Source: an uncultured Anaerolineaceae bacterium
GTDB lineage: Bacteria; Chloroflexota; Limnocylindria; Limnocylindrales; CSP1-4
NCBI GenBank assembly: GCA_964427285.1
Contig: CAYRTS010000003.1
Coordinates: 13,737-77,736, forward strand
Length of the DNA: 64,000 nucleotides
Direction of reading: 5' to 3'
Shown: positions 36,448 to 46,167 of the stretch, piece by piece
Numbering within the stretch: position 1 is the stretch's first letter
Layout of the letters: every line of letters begins with the position of its first letter
Notes under the pieces: generated by a model
Databases searched by the model: none
The model's input: the letters and a program-made list of their open reading frames with translations, nothing else
Told to the model about the DNA's origin: nothing
Made by a program: the position numbers and the translations under genes

Positions 36448-37277
36448 CAGGCGCCCTCCGGATTGCGGCGCCGTCCGGGGACTCGGCGAGCCCGCCCCAG
36501 CACCAGGGAAGCGATAGCGAAGATGAGCAACGTGGCGACCAGCATGATCGTGGCCACGGCATTGACTTCCGGAGTGACCCCGAATTTGATCCGGGTATAG
36601 ATGTAGGTCGGCAACGTGGGCTGGGCGCCGACCGTGAACCAGGTGATGACGAACTCGTCGATCGAAAGGGTCACGCTGATCAGGGCTCCCGCCAGGATCG
36701 CCGGCGAAATCAGTGGAAGGACGATGTGACGGATCGCCTGTCGGGGCGACGCGCCCAGATCCGCGGCGGCCCATTCGAGCGCCCGATCGAAGCCCTGGAG
36801 CCGGCTGGCCACGATCAGGACGACGAACGGCACCGTGACGACGAGCTGGCCCGCGATCACGGTGCCCAGCGATAGCGGCAGGTCGACGGCCCGGGCAAAG
36901 AAGATCAGCAGCGATACGCCGACCAGGACTCCCGGCACCATGATCGGCAGGGTGAACGCGATCCTGGTGGCGTTCGGGTATCGAACCCCGCCGCGCACGA
37001 GGACGAAGGCGGCCATTGTCCCGATGATGGTCGCCAGGATGGCCACCACCACGGCGACGGTGACCGAATTCGAGAGTGCACGGATGAGGACACGATTGTC
37101 GAACAAGGCCTCGTACCAGCGCAGCGTGAAGCCTGTAATCGGTAGCCCCGGCGTCTGCGACTCGTCGAACGAGAAGATGATCATGAACGCGATCGGCAGG
37201 TAGAGAAAGACCATCAGGGCGCCGAACCACACCCGGAGGCTCCAGCGCACGGCGCCGGAATGCCGACTGACGGGCAT
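36447..37277 (-). CDS. ABC transporter permease (PotC-like)
   Basis: Six-TM BPD-type permease with EAA-like loop AAADLGASPRQAIRHIVLPL. Alternative ATG at 37316. Confidence 0.8.
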   Translation of the reverse strand: MPVSRHSGAVRWSLRVWFGALMVFLYLPIAFMIIFSFDESQTPGLPITGFTLRWYEALFDNRVLIRALSNSVTVAVVVAILATIIGTMAAFVLVRGGVRYPNATRIAFTLPIMVPGVLVGVSLLIFFARAVDLPLSLGTVIAGQLVVTVPFVVLIVASRLQGFDRALEWAAADLGASPRQAIRHIVLPLISPAILAGALISVTLSIDEFVITWFTVGAQPTLPTYIYTRIKFGVTPEVNAVATIMLVATLLIFAIASLVLGRARRVPGRRRNPEGA

Positions 37278-37299
37278 GGTCGCGAGCGGGTCGACGCGG

Positions 37300-38217
37300 C
37301 TAGGCACGGGCGACAACGTCCTCGAACCGAAGGTAGCGGCGGAACACGATGAGCAACAGCAGAACGAAGGCCGCGATCAGGAAGCTGACGGCGGCACCCT
37401 CTGGGATGAGGGCGTTCTTGAAGAAGTTGGCTACCAGGTTGGCGATCAACAGGCCGTTCGCGCCGCCGACCATGATCGGTGTGAGGAACTCGCCGAGGAT
37501 CGGGATGAACACGAAGATGCACGCGGTGATGATGCCCGGCCGGATCTGCGGCAACAGGATGTGCCGGAATGCCTGGTCCGGGCGAGCGCCCAGGTCCTGA
37601 CCGGCCGTCAGCTGGGTGAAGTCGAAACGCTCGAGAGACGCATACAGGACCAGCGCCGCAAATGGCACGTAGACATACACCAGCACGATGAAGGTGCCGA
37701 AGTCGTTGTAGACCAGGAGTCGCGAAGGCTCCGAGATCAGACCAATCGCCTGGAGCACCTGGTTGAGCGCGCCGAACTCACCGAGGATCGCCTGCCACGA
37801 GTAGACCCGCAGCAAATAGCTCGTCCAGAAGGGGACGATGATGAGCAGGAGTGCGAAGCGCGCCCATCGGCGGGAGACGTATCGGGCGAGGAAGTACGCG
37901 ACGCCGAAGGCGGCCGGCAACGAGGCGAGCGTAACGGCGGCTCCCATGATCAATGTCTTGAGGAGCGTTCGAACGTAGGTTGGATTGTCGAAGAAGTTGG
38001 TGTAGTTCTCGGCTGTCCAGACCGCCACGACGTCCAGATTCTCGTTGGTCGACCAGAACGAAAACACGAACATGACCGTCAGCGGCGCCACGAACAGGCC
38101 CACCAGGATCACCCCGGCCGGCAGGAACGGGGCGAGCTGCCGCAGCCGGGCCGTCCGACTGGCGTTGACGGACGTCGGCGGGGCCAATGCGGCCCCGCCG
38201 GCGAGATCGTTTGCCAT
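37300..38217 (-). CDS. ABC transporter permease (PotB-like)
   Basis: BPD-type permease with AGQDLGARPDQAFRHILLPQ. Confidence 0.8.
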   Translation of the reverse strand: MANDLAGGAALAPPTSVNASRTARLRQLAPFLPAGVILVGLFVAPLTVMFVFSFWSTNENLDVVAVWTAENYTNFFDNPTYVRTLLKTLIMGAAVTLASLPAAFGVAYFLARYVSRRWARFALLLIIVPFWTSYLLRVYSWQAILGEFGALNQVLQAIGLISEPSRLLVYNDFGTFIVLVYVYVPFAALVLYASLERFDFTQLTAGQDLGARPDQAFRHILLPQIRPGIITACIFVFIPILGEFLTPIMVGGANGLLIANLVANFFKNALIPEGAAVSFLIAAFVLLLLIVFRRYLRFEDVVARA

Positions 38218-38245
38218 CGTGTGCGACGTGGCTCCGGGTGTGCGA

Positions 38246-39355
38246 CTAGGCTCCGAAGACCTCGTTGAACAGCTGGATCGACTTTTCCGTCGAGGTGCCG
38301 GGGCCCTTCAGGGTCGTCGCCGCAAGGATCGCCTCGGACTCGCTGTAGCGATACCGATCGGCGCGATCCCCCTCACCCTGGTTGACCAGGACCTTGTAGG
38401 CCGCCTCGTTGAACAGCGGCCGACCGTGGGTGATGAAGTTGGCGGCGATGTTCTCGGCCGTGTTGGCCTTCTCCAGGTAGGGCATCAGCAGCGAGGTGTT
38501 GGCGCCGCCCTTGACGATCATCTCGGCGTCCATCCAGCCGACCGTCCCCTCCTTCGGGATAAAGCCCCTGATCTCCGGGCCGCCGCCGTCCTTGACCCGG
38601 TCCTCGTTGCCGAAGTTCCCGGTGATCAGGTACGCCTCCTCGCTGATCATCGCGTTGACGCTGTCGGTGGCCTGCTGCGCAAACTTGAGGACATTGGGCT
38701 TGAGCTTCTCGAGGTATCCCTTGACCGTGGCGAGCTGGTCGTCAGTCATGTTGTAGCAGTCGTTAAAACCCGCCGCCTTGCCCATGTAGGCGACGATCTC
38801 CTCGGGCTGGTTCTCGATCACCAGGCGACCCTTGTATTTCGGGTCGAGGAGCACTTGCCACGAGTCCGGGGCAGGGTCGACGAACTTCGGGTTGTAGTAG
38901 ATGCTGATTGGCGACCAGCCGAACGGGTAGCCAAGGTAGCCTTCGGGCTTCGTCCAGATCGGGAACTCCCTGGCGAACGAGTAGAGCTCCGACGAGATCT
39001 TGATCTCGTTGATGTCGAATGCCTCGATGAGTCCGTCCTTGAAGTAGGCGTCGGGCACCCACAGAGCGTCTCCGGAGATCATGTCGAGCTGACCCTTGAC
39101 CTCCTTGAGCTTGGCGAAACCCTCGGCGTTACCGGACAGCTCGCTGATGTTGGCGATGATCTTGTCCGATGTCTCGATGGCCTTGAGCTGCGTGTCGATG
39201 TAGTGGTCGCCCCAGGTCATCCAGTTGAACGTGCCACCCTGCGACCCGATCCCGCCGCACGCGGATACGACACCACCGAGCCCGACAACGGCCCCGACGG
39301 CTCCCGTTAGCTGCAAGAACCTGCGACGCGTGTAGGCCTGATCCAATACGGTCAT
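38246..39355 (-). CDS. ABC transporter substrate-binding lipoprotein (PotD/PotF polyamine-type fold)
   Basis: Tat-like RRRFLQ motif and lipobox VSAC at the N-terminus. The length and composition fit extracellular solute-binding family 1. Confidence 0.75.
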   Translation of the reverse strand: MTVLDQAYTRRRFLQLTGAVGAVVGLGGVVSACGGIGSQGGTFNWMTWGDHYIDTQLKAIETSDKIIANISELSGNAEGFAKLKEVKGQLDMISGDALWVPDAYFKDGLIEAFDINEIKISSELYSFAREFPIWTKPEGYLGYPFGWSPISIYYNPKFVDPAPDSWQVLLDPKYKGRLVIENQPEEIVAYMGKAAGFNDCYNMTDDQLATVKGYLEKLKPNVLKFAQQATDSVNAMISEEAYLITGNFGNEDRVKDGGGPEIRGFIPKEGTVGWMDAEMIVKGGANTSLLMPYLEKANTAENIAANFITHGRPLFNEAAYKVLVNQGEGDRADRYRYSESEAILAATTLKGPGTSTEKSIQLFNEVFGA

Positions 39356-39359
39356 TCCT

Positions 39360-40505
39360 TCACCCTCCTGCTGTTTCCTGGTCCGGTTCAGGTTCGTCGC
39401 CGGCGGCGACGACGGTCGACTTGCGGGGATCCCACGACAGGTGCACTTCTCGATCGACCATCTCCTCCTCGGCAGTCCGCTCGTCCGACTCGTGGAACCG
39501 TATCGCCACGAGGACCCCGGCGTCGGTTTGGACCGTGATCCTCGTATGGTTTCCCATGAATGCGACGTTGGTGGTCCGGCCGGCGATGACGGCCGCCGGC
39601 GATGATCCGTGATCCGCGATCAGGCTGACCGCGACCGATTCGGGTCGAACCATCAACGCGACGCGGCCGTTCGGGGTAGCAGCCGTGCTCCCTGCGTGGG
39701 TCGGCAGCACGGTTCCGTCGCGCAGGCGGATGGCCGGTCCGTCAGGGCCGTTCGTCAGTTCGCCGTCCAGGAAGTTCGACTCGCCGATGAAGTCGGCGAC
39801 GAACCGGTCGAGCGGTCGGAGGTAGATCTCGCGGGGCGTCCCGACCTGTCGGACTCGACCGCTGGCCATGACCGCAATGCGGGTCGACATGGACAGGGCC
39901 TCTTCCTGGTCGTGGGTGACGAACACGAACGTCGTGCCGACCTGGCGATGGATACGCGCCAGCTCGACCTGCATCTGCTTGCGCAGCTTGAGATCGAGCG
40001 CCCCGAGCGGCTCGTCGAGCAGCAACACCGCCGGTCGCTTGCACAGGGCGCGGGCGAGCGCGACACGCTGCGCCTGGCCGCCCGACAGTTGCACCGGATA
40101 GCGATCCCCGTAGCCCGAAAGGTCGACGAGCTCGAGATACTCGCCCACGCGCCGATCGATCTCGGGGCGGGGCAGGCTCTCCATGCGGAGGCCGAAGGCG
40201 ACATTCTGGGCGACCGTCATGTGCGGGAACAGGGCGTAGTTCTGGAACACGGTATTGACGTTGCGCTGATGGGGCGGCAGGTCGTTGACCCGGCGACCCT
40301 CGATCCGCAGCTCTCCCGAGGTGAGCGGGACAAACCCGCCAATCAGGTTGAGTGTCGTCGTCTTGCCGCATCCGGATGGACCGAGCAGGCAGAAGAACTC
40401 GCCAGCTTCGATCTGAAGCGAGACGCCGTCGAGGGCGATGGCCTCGCCGTAGCGCTTGGTTACGTCGATGAGCTCGATCGCGGGGACAGCACGATCCCCA
40501 CTCAT
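39360..40505 (-). CDS. ABC transporter ATP-binding protein (PotA-like)
   Basis: Walker A GPSGCGKTT, signature LSGGQAQR and Walker B LLLDEP, plus a C-terminal TOBE-like domain. The start is uncertain (ATG at 40505, 40556 or 40571). Confidence 0.85.
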   Translation of the reverse strand: MSGDRAVPAIELIDVTKRYGEAIALDGVSLQIEAGEFFCLLGPSGCGKTTTLNLIGGFVPLTSGELRIEGRRVNDLPPHQRNVNTVFQNYALFPHMTVAQNVAFGLRMESLPRPEIDRRVGEYLELVDLSGYGDRYPVQLSGGQAQRVALARALCKRPAVLLLDEPLGALDLKLRKQMQVELARIHRQVGTTFVFVTHDQEEALSMSTRIAVMASGRVRQVGTPREIYLRPLDRFVADFIGESNFLDGELTNGPDGPAIRLRDGTVLPTHAGSTAATPNGRVALMVRPESVAVSLIADHGSSPAAVIAGRTTNVAFMGNHTRITVQTDAGVLVAIRFHESDERTAEEEMVDREVHLSWDPRKSTVVAAGDEPEPDQETAGG

Positions 40506-40566
40506 CCCAGCGAGCCCAGACCTGGCACCGCCGCCCTCCCTGTCGCGAAGAGTCATCCGTGGCTCG

Positions 40567-40580
40567 TGCATTCGATTGCG
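40567..40580. promoter_or_regulatory. LacI-type operator (site d)
   Basis: TGCATTCGATTGCG, flanked GTG...CAG like the other sites. It lies upstream of the ABC importer operon. Confidence 0.55.
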
Positions 40581-40667
40581 CAGACGGTAGCACGCCCCCG
40601 CTGGCCTCGTCTACCCAATTTCGTTTCGCAAGGACGAGGCGCGTGCGACGACATGCGCTCCGTTGCC

Positions 40668-41435
40668 CTACTCCGCCACAAAGGCGGCGACGCGGCAGAT
40701 GCAGCCCTCGCCTCCCTGCCAGCGCCACGGGAAGGCGCCCATGTCCACGCGTCGGCCGGCGACCTCGGCGAGCTCTCCGCCGAGGTTCTCCAGCATCGAG
40801 ATGTCGTTCCGCGCGGTCGCGTAGTGGATGTATTCGAAATCCTTCGCCGGCAGCGTCTCTTCGATCGGCCGGCCGCTCATCGTCTCGTACTCAGCGACGA
40901 GATCGGGTCGCATGTGGCGGACGCGCGTGTGCAGCGAGTGGTCGATCGAGGCGAGATCTGCGCCGATCCACTTGATCCGCTTGCCGATGAGAAAGTCGAT
41001 GACCTCGGGCTGCGGACCCGGATGACGGTCGAAGTAGGTCACGTCATCGCGCGTAGGCTTGGTCCAGTTGTACCGGTCCCAGCCGGTGAAGAGGACGACG
41101 ATGTCGCCCTCGCGGATCGACTCGCCCGGCGGGAGGTGGGCCTCGACGTCGGCCAGGCTGTAGTAGCTCCAGGGTCTGGTGATCGGCCGGAGGTCGATCA
41201 CCAGACCCGTCCCGTAGAGCTCACTCAGCTCGATGCTCCCGAGGTCCCGGCCGGTCTCGCAGTAGTGGCTCGGCGCGTCGATGTGCGTCCCGGTATGCAT
41301 GTTCGTCTTCACGAGCATCGTGCTCTTGCGGTCCCGGTGATGCGTCGTGATGTCGGTGACCTCGATCGAGGCGAACTGCGGCCAGGTGGGCATCCGATCG
41401 CCCCACGGCTGGGTCAGATCGACGACACGTGTCAT
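40668..41435 (-). CDS. Cyclase family protein (kynurenine-formamidase-like metal hydrolase)
   Basis: HTGTHIDAPSH metal-binding motif; 255 aa. Confidence 0.75.
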   Translation of the reverse strand: MTRVVDLTQPWGDRMPTWPQFASIEVTDITTHHRDRKSTMLVKTNMHTGTHIDAPSHYCETGRDLGSIELSELYGTGLVIDLRPITRPWSYYSLADVEAHLPPGESIREGDIVVLFTGWDRYNWTKPTRDDVTYFDRHPGPQPEVIDFLIGKRIKWIGADLASIDHSLHTRVRHMRPDLVAEYETMSGRPIEETLPAKDFEYIHYATARNDISMLENLGGELAEVAGRRVDMGAFPWRWQGGEGCICRVAAFVAE

Positions 41436-41465
41436 GGCTTGGCTCCGATGGTCATGGGGACAACC

Positions 41466-42515
41466 TCAATCCGTCATTGGTGCGGCCGTGGACGCCCGGA
41501 CGACGAGCTCCGTGGGCATGGTCAGACGGACCTCCGCAATCGGCCGCCCCTCCAGGCGATCGATCAGCAGGTGAGCGCCCGCGACCCCCATCGCCAGCTG
41601 GGGTACGCGCACCGTCGTGAGCGCGGGCTCGAGCAAGCCGGCCAACGGGATGTCGTTGAAGCCGACGATCGACAGGTCGCCCGGGACATGAGCGCCGATC
41701 TCGCGGAGTCGCTGGAGCATGCCAATGGCGATCAGGTCGTTGGCGGCGAAGACCGCCGTCGGCCGGGCAGGCCCGGCGAGCATGATCCGGAGCGCCTGCT
41801 GGCCGGCCTCTTCGGAGAACGCATCGGCCTCGATCACGAGCTGAGGCTCGTCGGCCAAACCGTACGCGAGGACCCCGGCTCGGTACCCCTCGCGCCGGTC
41901 GACGCCCGTCGTCGTGTTCTGTGGGCCGGCGATGTGGCCGACCCTGCGGTGGCCAAGAGCGGCCAAATGGCCGACGACCTCGACGGCCGCGGCGTGGTTG
42001 TCGACGACGACGGCGAGGTCTTCGGTGCTGCGGGTCGCTCGATTGAGCAGGACGAACGGGAAAGCCTCCTCGCGCAACCCGGCGATCGTATCGTCGGCCA
42101 TCTGCGAGGACGCGATAAGCAGTCCGTCGACCTGTCGCTCGCGGAGGACGCGCAAGTAGGTCGCCTCCCGTTGCGGCTCGTCATTCGAGTTGCACAGGAT
42201 GATGTTGTAGCCCCGCTCGAGGGCTGCGTCTTCGGCGCCCTTGATGATTGACGAGAAGAACGGGTTCCTGATGTCCGGGACCAGCATTCCGAGCGTCAGC
42301 GTCCGCTGCAGGCGAAGGCTGCGGGCGATGGCCGAGGGCCGGTAGCCAAGGCGGTCGGCGGCGGCCAGGACACGTTGCCGCGTCTCCGGTGCGAAGGCGC
42401 CCCACTTGACGCTCGCCGTGGCGTGGTCGTTCAGGACGCGTGACACCGTGGACGGGTGCACCCCGGCTTCGGTCGCCACATCGGTGATCGTCGTTCGAGT
42501 TTTCGCAGTGCGCAT
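41466..42515 (-). CDS. LacI family transcriptional regulator
   Basis: The N-terminal HTH TITDVATEAGVHPSTVSRVLN is followed by a periplasmic-binding-protein-like sugar-binding core. Confidence 0.9.
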   Translation of the reverse strand: MRTAKTRTTITDVATEAGVHPSTVSRVLNDHATASVKWGAFAPETRQRVLAAADRLGYRPSAIARSLRLQRTLTLGMLVPDIRNPFFSSIIKGAEDAALERGYNIILCNSNDEPQREATYLRVLRERQVDGLLIASSQMADDTIAGLREEAFPFVLLNRATRSTEDLAVVVDNHAAAVEVVGHLAALGHRRVGHIAGPQNTTTGVDRREGYRAGVLAYGLADEPQLVIEADAFSEEAGQQALRIMLAGPARPTAVFAANDLIAIGMLQRLREIGAHVPGDLSIVGFNDIPLAGLLEPALTTVRVPQLAMGVAGAHLLIDRLEGRPIAEVRLTMPTELVVRASTAAPMTD

Positions 42516-42537
42516 CTCGCTACCGCCGTGCGCTGTC

Positions 42538-42551
42538 CGAAATCGATTGCT
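42538..42551. promoter_or_regulatory. Degenerate LacI-type operator (site e)
   Basis: CGAAATCGATTGCT, immediately upstream of the lacI-family gene at 41466..42515. One good half-site and one weaker. Confidence 0.4.
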
Positions 42552-42578
42552 CAGGGTACCGCCGGGGCAGGATGATGG

Positions 42579-43568
42579 TCAAGCGGAGGGCGACATTCGA
42601 ATGTGGACCTTGATGTTGCGGCCCGTGTCCCGGGCCGCCGCCAGAGCCTCATCGGCACGGCTCAGGGGGATGGTGGCGGTCACGATTCGTGACGGATCGA
42701 CGCCGCCGCTCGCGATAAAGCGGATCGTCTGCGGCCAGACGCCGACGGAACCGATCAGCCCTCGCAGCCGGAGCGCCTTCGACTGGATCAGGCCAAGCGG
42801 CGCCGACACCGTCGAGCCGACGTTGATGCCGGCGTAGGCAATGCGCCCCGAATGTGCCGCGATCTCGAGCGCAAGCGCCATCGCGGACGGCGCTCCGGCC
42901 GCCTCGATGACGGCGTCGAAGCCGCGGCCGTGGGTCAGGTCGGCGACGCCATGGAGGAAGTCACCCGAGGTCGGATCGAGGGTCGCGGTTGCCCCGAGGT
43001 CGAGGGCCATGTCGCGACGTCGAGGCTGCGGTTCGATGACCACCACCCGGGCGTTGTTGGCCGAGACCGCGAGCAGGGATAGGAGCCCGATCGGACCGCC
43101 TCCCAGCACCGCGACGGTATCGCTCGGGTCCACGCCGCCGAGACAGGTCACCGCCTTGTACGCAACGCTGAAGGGCTCCACCAGTGCGGCCTGCGTGTAG
43201 GTCATTGACTCCGGGATCCTGTGGAGCCACTCCGCCTTTGCCTTGAATAGCTCCGCCGCGGCGCCGCTGATGTTGAATCCGAAGTGATCGCGACCGCCGG
43301 GTCCCACGGCGCACTCGCCGACGACTCGATCGCCGGGTCGGAGACCGGAGACGGCCGATCCGACCTCAACGATGTCTCCGGCCCACTCGTGCCCGGGGAT
43401 GATCGGGTAGGTGAAGGGAATGATGTAGCGCCCCTCGAGGAGTTCGAAGTCGGAGTGACAGATCCCGACGGTATGCGGGCGGATCAGAACGTCGTCCGCG
43501 CCGATCGCCGGCGAGTCGACCTCCAGGACGGCGGCGTCATTAGGACCCGAGTAGACGAGTGCCTTCAT
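42579..43568 (-). CDS. Zinc-dependent (MDR) alcohol/polyol dehydrogenase
   Basis: Trimmed to the ATG at 43568, which is preceded by GGAGG. Motifs: GICHSDFE, GHEWAG and GGGPIG. Confidence 0.85.
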   Translation of the reverse strand: MKALVYSGPNDAAVLEVDSPAIGADDVLIRPHTVGICHSDFELLEGRYIIPFTYPIIPGHEWAGDIVEVGSAVSGLRPGDRVVGECAVGPGGRDHFGFNISGAAAELFKAKAEWLHRIPESMTYTQAALVEPFSVAYKAVTCLGGVDPSDTVAVLGGGPIGLLSLLAVSANNARVVVIEPQPRRRDMALDLGATATLDPTSGDFLHGVADLTHGRGFDAVIEAAGAPSAMALALEIAAHSGRIAYAGINVGSTVSAPLGLIQSKALRLRGLIGSVGVWPQTIRFIASGGVDPSRIVTATIPLSRADEALAAARDTGRNIKVHIRMSPSA

Positions 43569-43670
43569 CTGCTGAACCTCCGGGACGCACGGATCGCGCC
43601 CTTCCTGCGGGGGGCGGCGAGCAAAGGGCGGCTCCATTGACGCCACCACTGGGCCGATGCTACCATCTTG

Positions 43671-43684
43671 TGCAATCGTTTGCG
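43671..43684. promoter_or_regulatory. LacI-type operator (site b)
   Basis: TGCAATCGTTTGCG lies between the divergent Zn-ADH and aminotransferase copy 2, 20 nt upstream of the ATG at 43704. Confidence 0.6.
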
Positions 43685-43703
43685 CGCAAGGAGGCCATTG
43701 ATC

Positions 43704-44936
43704 ATGTCCGGCCCAGGTACTGACCTCATCGGCGCCGAGGAACTCGCCGAACTCGCCGAAGTGATCGCCAGCCGCCACCTCAGCCGCTTCGGTCCCGATG
43801 ATCCGAGCTTTCCGGCCAAGGTCCGCAAGTTCGAGGAGACGGTCGCCGAGCTGGCTGGGACGGACTATGCCCTGGCCGTCAACTCCGGCACGAGCGCCCT
43901 GTTCCTGGCCCTGGTCGGGCTCGGGGTCGGACCCGGCGACGAAGTCATCGTGCCGGGCTTCACCTACGTCGCGACGATTTCCGCGGTGGTCTACGCCCGG
44001 GCGCGGCCGGTCCTGGCCGAAATTGATGAGACGTTCGACCTCGACCCGGCCGATGTCGAGGCACGGATCACCCCGCGGACCCGGGCGATCATCGCCGTCC
44101 ATATGCTGGGTAACCCGGCCCGGATCGCCGAGTTGCGTGCAGTGGCCGATCGGCACGGGCTCGCCTTGATCGAGGACTGCGCGCAGGCGTTCGGGGCGAC
44201 GTATGGCGGTCGCTGGGTGGGCGCGCATGGAGCCGTCGGGACCTACAGCTTCAATGACTTCAAAACGATCACCTGTGGCGATGGCGGGATGCTCGTCACC
44301 AACGACGAGGATCTCTACCGCCGCGCCTTCGCCATGCACGACCAGGGGCACAGCCCGAACCGGCGCGGCGTCGAAATCGGCAATCGGCCATTCCTCGGGC
44401 TGAACTTCCGGATGACCGAGCTCGCAGGCGCGGTGCTCCTCGCCCAGGTCCGCCGACTCGACTGGATCCGGGACCACCTTCGCGCGAATCGCGACATCGT
44501 CCAGGACATCATCGGCGAGGTGCGTGGCATCGAGTTCCGGACGCTACCGGATCCTGCTGGCGATCTGGCCACCCACCTCGTCGTGATCTTCCCCGACGCG
44601 GCCACAGCCGGCGCGGTGACCGCCGAACTCGGCTCGAACACGCTTGCGACGAGCGGCTGGCACGTCTACACGCACATGGAGCACGTGCTGACCGGACGGA
44701 CGATCACCGGCCGTGGCTGTCCGTTCGACTGTACGTGCACGGACGAACGGCCGGCTTCGCACCAGGCGGGGATGCTCCCCGCAACGGACCGGCTGCTCGA
44801 GCGATCGATGAGTTTCTCGATCGGCGTCAGCGATCCGCACCTTGCCCCGTTCGGCCTCCGGATGCGCGACGGCGACGACGTCGCGCGGGCCCAGGCCGAA
44901 CGTTTCCGGTCGGTCGCGTCGCGCATCCTGGCCTAG
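43704..44936 (+). CDS. DegT/DnrJ/EryC1/StrS family PLP aminotransferase (copy 2)
   Basis: Trimmed to the ATG at 43704, preceded by AAGGAGG. Collinear with copy 1 over its full length (VIVPGFTYVATISAV, YSFNDFKTITCGDGGMLV, GCPFDCTC). Confidence 0.85.
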   Translation: MSGPGTDLIGAEELAELAEVIASRHLSRFGPDDPSFPAKVRKFEETVAELAGTDYALAVNSGTSALFLALVGLGVGPGDEVIVPGFTYVATISAVVYARARPVLAEIDETFDLDPADVEARITPRTRAIIAVHMLGNPARIAELRAVADRHGLALIEDCAQAFGATYGGRWVGAHGAVGTYSFNDFKTITCGDGGMLVTNDEDLYRRAFAMHDQGHSPNRRGVEIGNRPFLGLNFRMTELAGAVLLAQVRRLDWIRDHLRANRDIVQDIIGEVRGIEFRTLPDPAGDLATHLVVIFPDAATAGAVTAELGSNTLATSGWHVYTHMEHVLTGRTITGRGCPFDCTCTDERPASHQAGMLPATDRLLERSMSFSIGVSDPHLAPFGLRMRDGDDVARAQAERFRSVASRILA

Positions 44937-45983
44937 CTATTTGCTGACGATGTCGCGCGCGGGCGTGCTCTCGCCGACGATCAGTCGGACCGGCAGGACC
45001 TCGGACGCCGGCATGGATCCGTCCCGGGCGGATGCCACCAGCATCTCCACCGCCCGTCGCCCAAGATCAACCGATGGCACCGCCACGGTCGTCAGTCGAG
45101 GGTGCGATCGGCCAGCCTGGGCAATCCCGTCGAAACCGGCGACGGCGATGTCGCCCGGAACGTCGAGGTGGGTCATGCGGAGCGCATCCATCAAGGCAAG
45201 AGCGAGCTTGTCGTCGTAGCAGATGACGGCGTCGGGACGATCGAGGGCGAGCGAATTGGCGACGATCGACGGGTCTCGCCAGCCGGTGACACCGGCATCG
45301 TAGGCGCGAAGACGCTCGCCGACGAGGCTGCTGAGCATTCCCCGCGCGGCAGAACGCCTGATCAGATCCGAGGCGCCGCCGCCCGCACCGACATACGCGA
45401 TCCGCCGGTAGCCTCGCTCGACGAGGTGTCCCACGGTGGCCGCCACGCCGGCGGCGTCGTCGCTTCGCAGGACCCCGCCGTCCGGGGGCCCGTCCCCATT
45501 GGCAAGACCCGGGTACTCGGGTTTCACGAAGACGATGCGTTCCTTCGACACCTGCGCGTAGACCTCGGCGGGAGGGCTCACGCACGACGCGAGGGCGATG
45601 CCGTCGGCGCGATGCTCGACGAACGCGTTGAGCGCCCGCTGCTCTCGAGCCGAATCGCGGAGCCCGGTCATGATGAAGACGGCATACCCGAGATCAGTGG
45701 CCGCCTCCTCGAATCCCGCCGCCACCTGGCCGTGCACCGGATCGGCAAGGTCGTCGAGCAGGAGCCCGAGGATGTGCGTCCGCCGGGAACGCAGACTGCG
45801 CGCCGCGGCGTTGGGCGCGTACCCCAACGTTACGGCCGCGGCTCGTACGGCGGCGCGGGTCGGCTCACCGATCCGCGGGTCGTCCTGGAGGGCACGCGAC
45901 GCGGTCGACTCCGACGTGTCGGCCGCGCGCGCGACGTCGGCCAGCGTGACTCGCGGTTCGGTCGCGCTCCGCTCGTCGGACAC
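44937..45983 (-). CDS. LacI family transcriptional regulator
   Basis: HTH VTLADVARAADTSESTASRALQ plus a sugar-binding core. GTG start. Its stop abuts the aminotransferase stop with no gap. Confidence 0.9.
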   Translation of the reverse strand: MSDERSATEPRVTLADVARAADTSESTASRALQDDPRIGEPTRAAVRAAAVTLGYAPNAAARSLRSRRTHILGLLLDDLADPVHGQVAAGFEEAATDLGYAVFIMTGLRDSAREQRALNAFVEHRADGIALASCVSPPAEVYAQVSKERIVFVKPEYPGLANGDGPPDGGVLRSDDAAGVAATVGHLVERGYRRIAYVGAGGGASDLIRRSAARGMLSSLVGERLRAYDAGVTGWRDPSIVANSLALDRPDAVICYDDKLALALMDALRMTHLDVPGDIAVAGFDGIAQAGRSHPRLTTVAVPSVDLGRRAVEMLVASARDGSMPASEVLPVRLIVGESTPARDIVSK

Positions 45984-46043
45984 CGGCGGCCTCCTCGTGC
46001 AGATCTACCGGGAATCCCCGTTCGGAGGCCTGACGGGGACCCG

Positions 46044-46057
46044 TGCAATCGGTTGCG
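46044..46057. promoter_or_regulatory. LacI-type operator (site c)
   Basis: TGCAATCGGTTGCG lies in the divergent region between the second lacI-family gene and the CehA-like gene. Confidence 0.6.
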
Positions 46058-46167
46058 CAGCACGCTAGCATACGGCGACGAGAGGCGTCAATCCGGGAGC
46101 GTCGCGTGGGATGGGAGGATTGGCAGATGGCGCACACGATGAGGAAAGCGTCGGGGGAGGATCGGCG

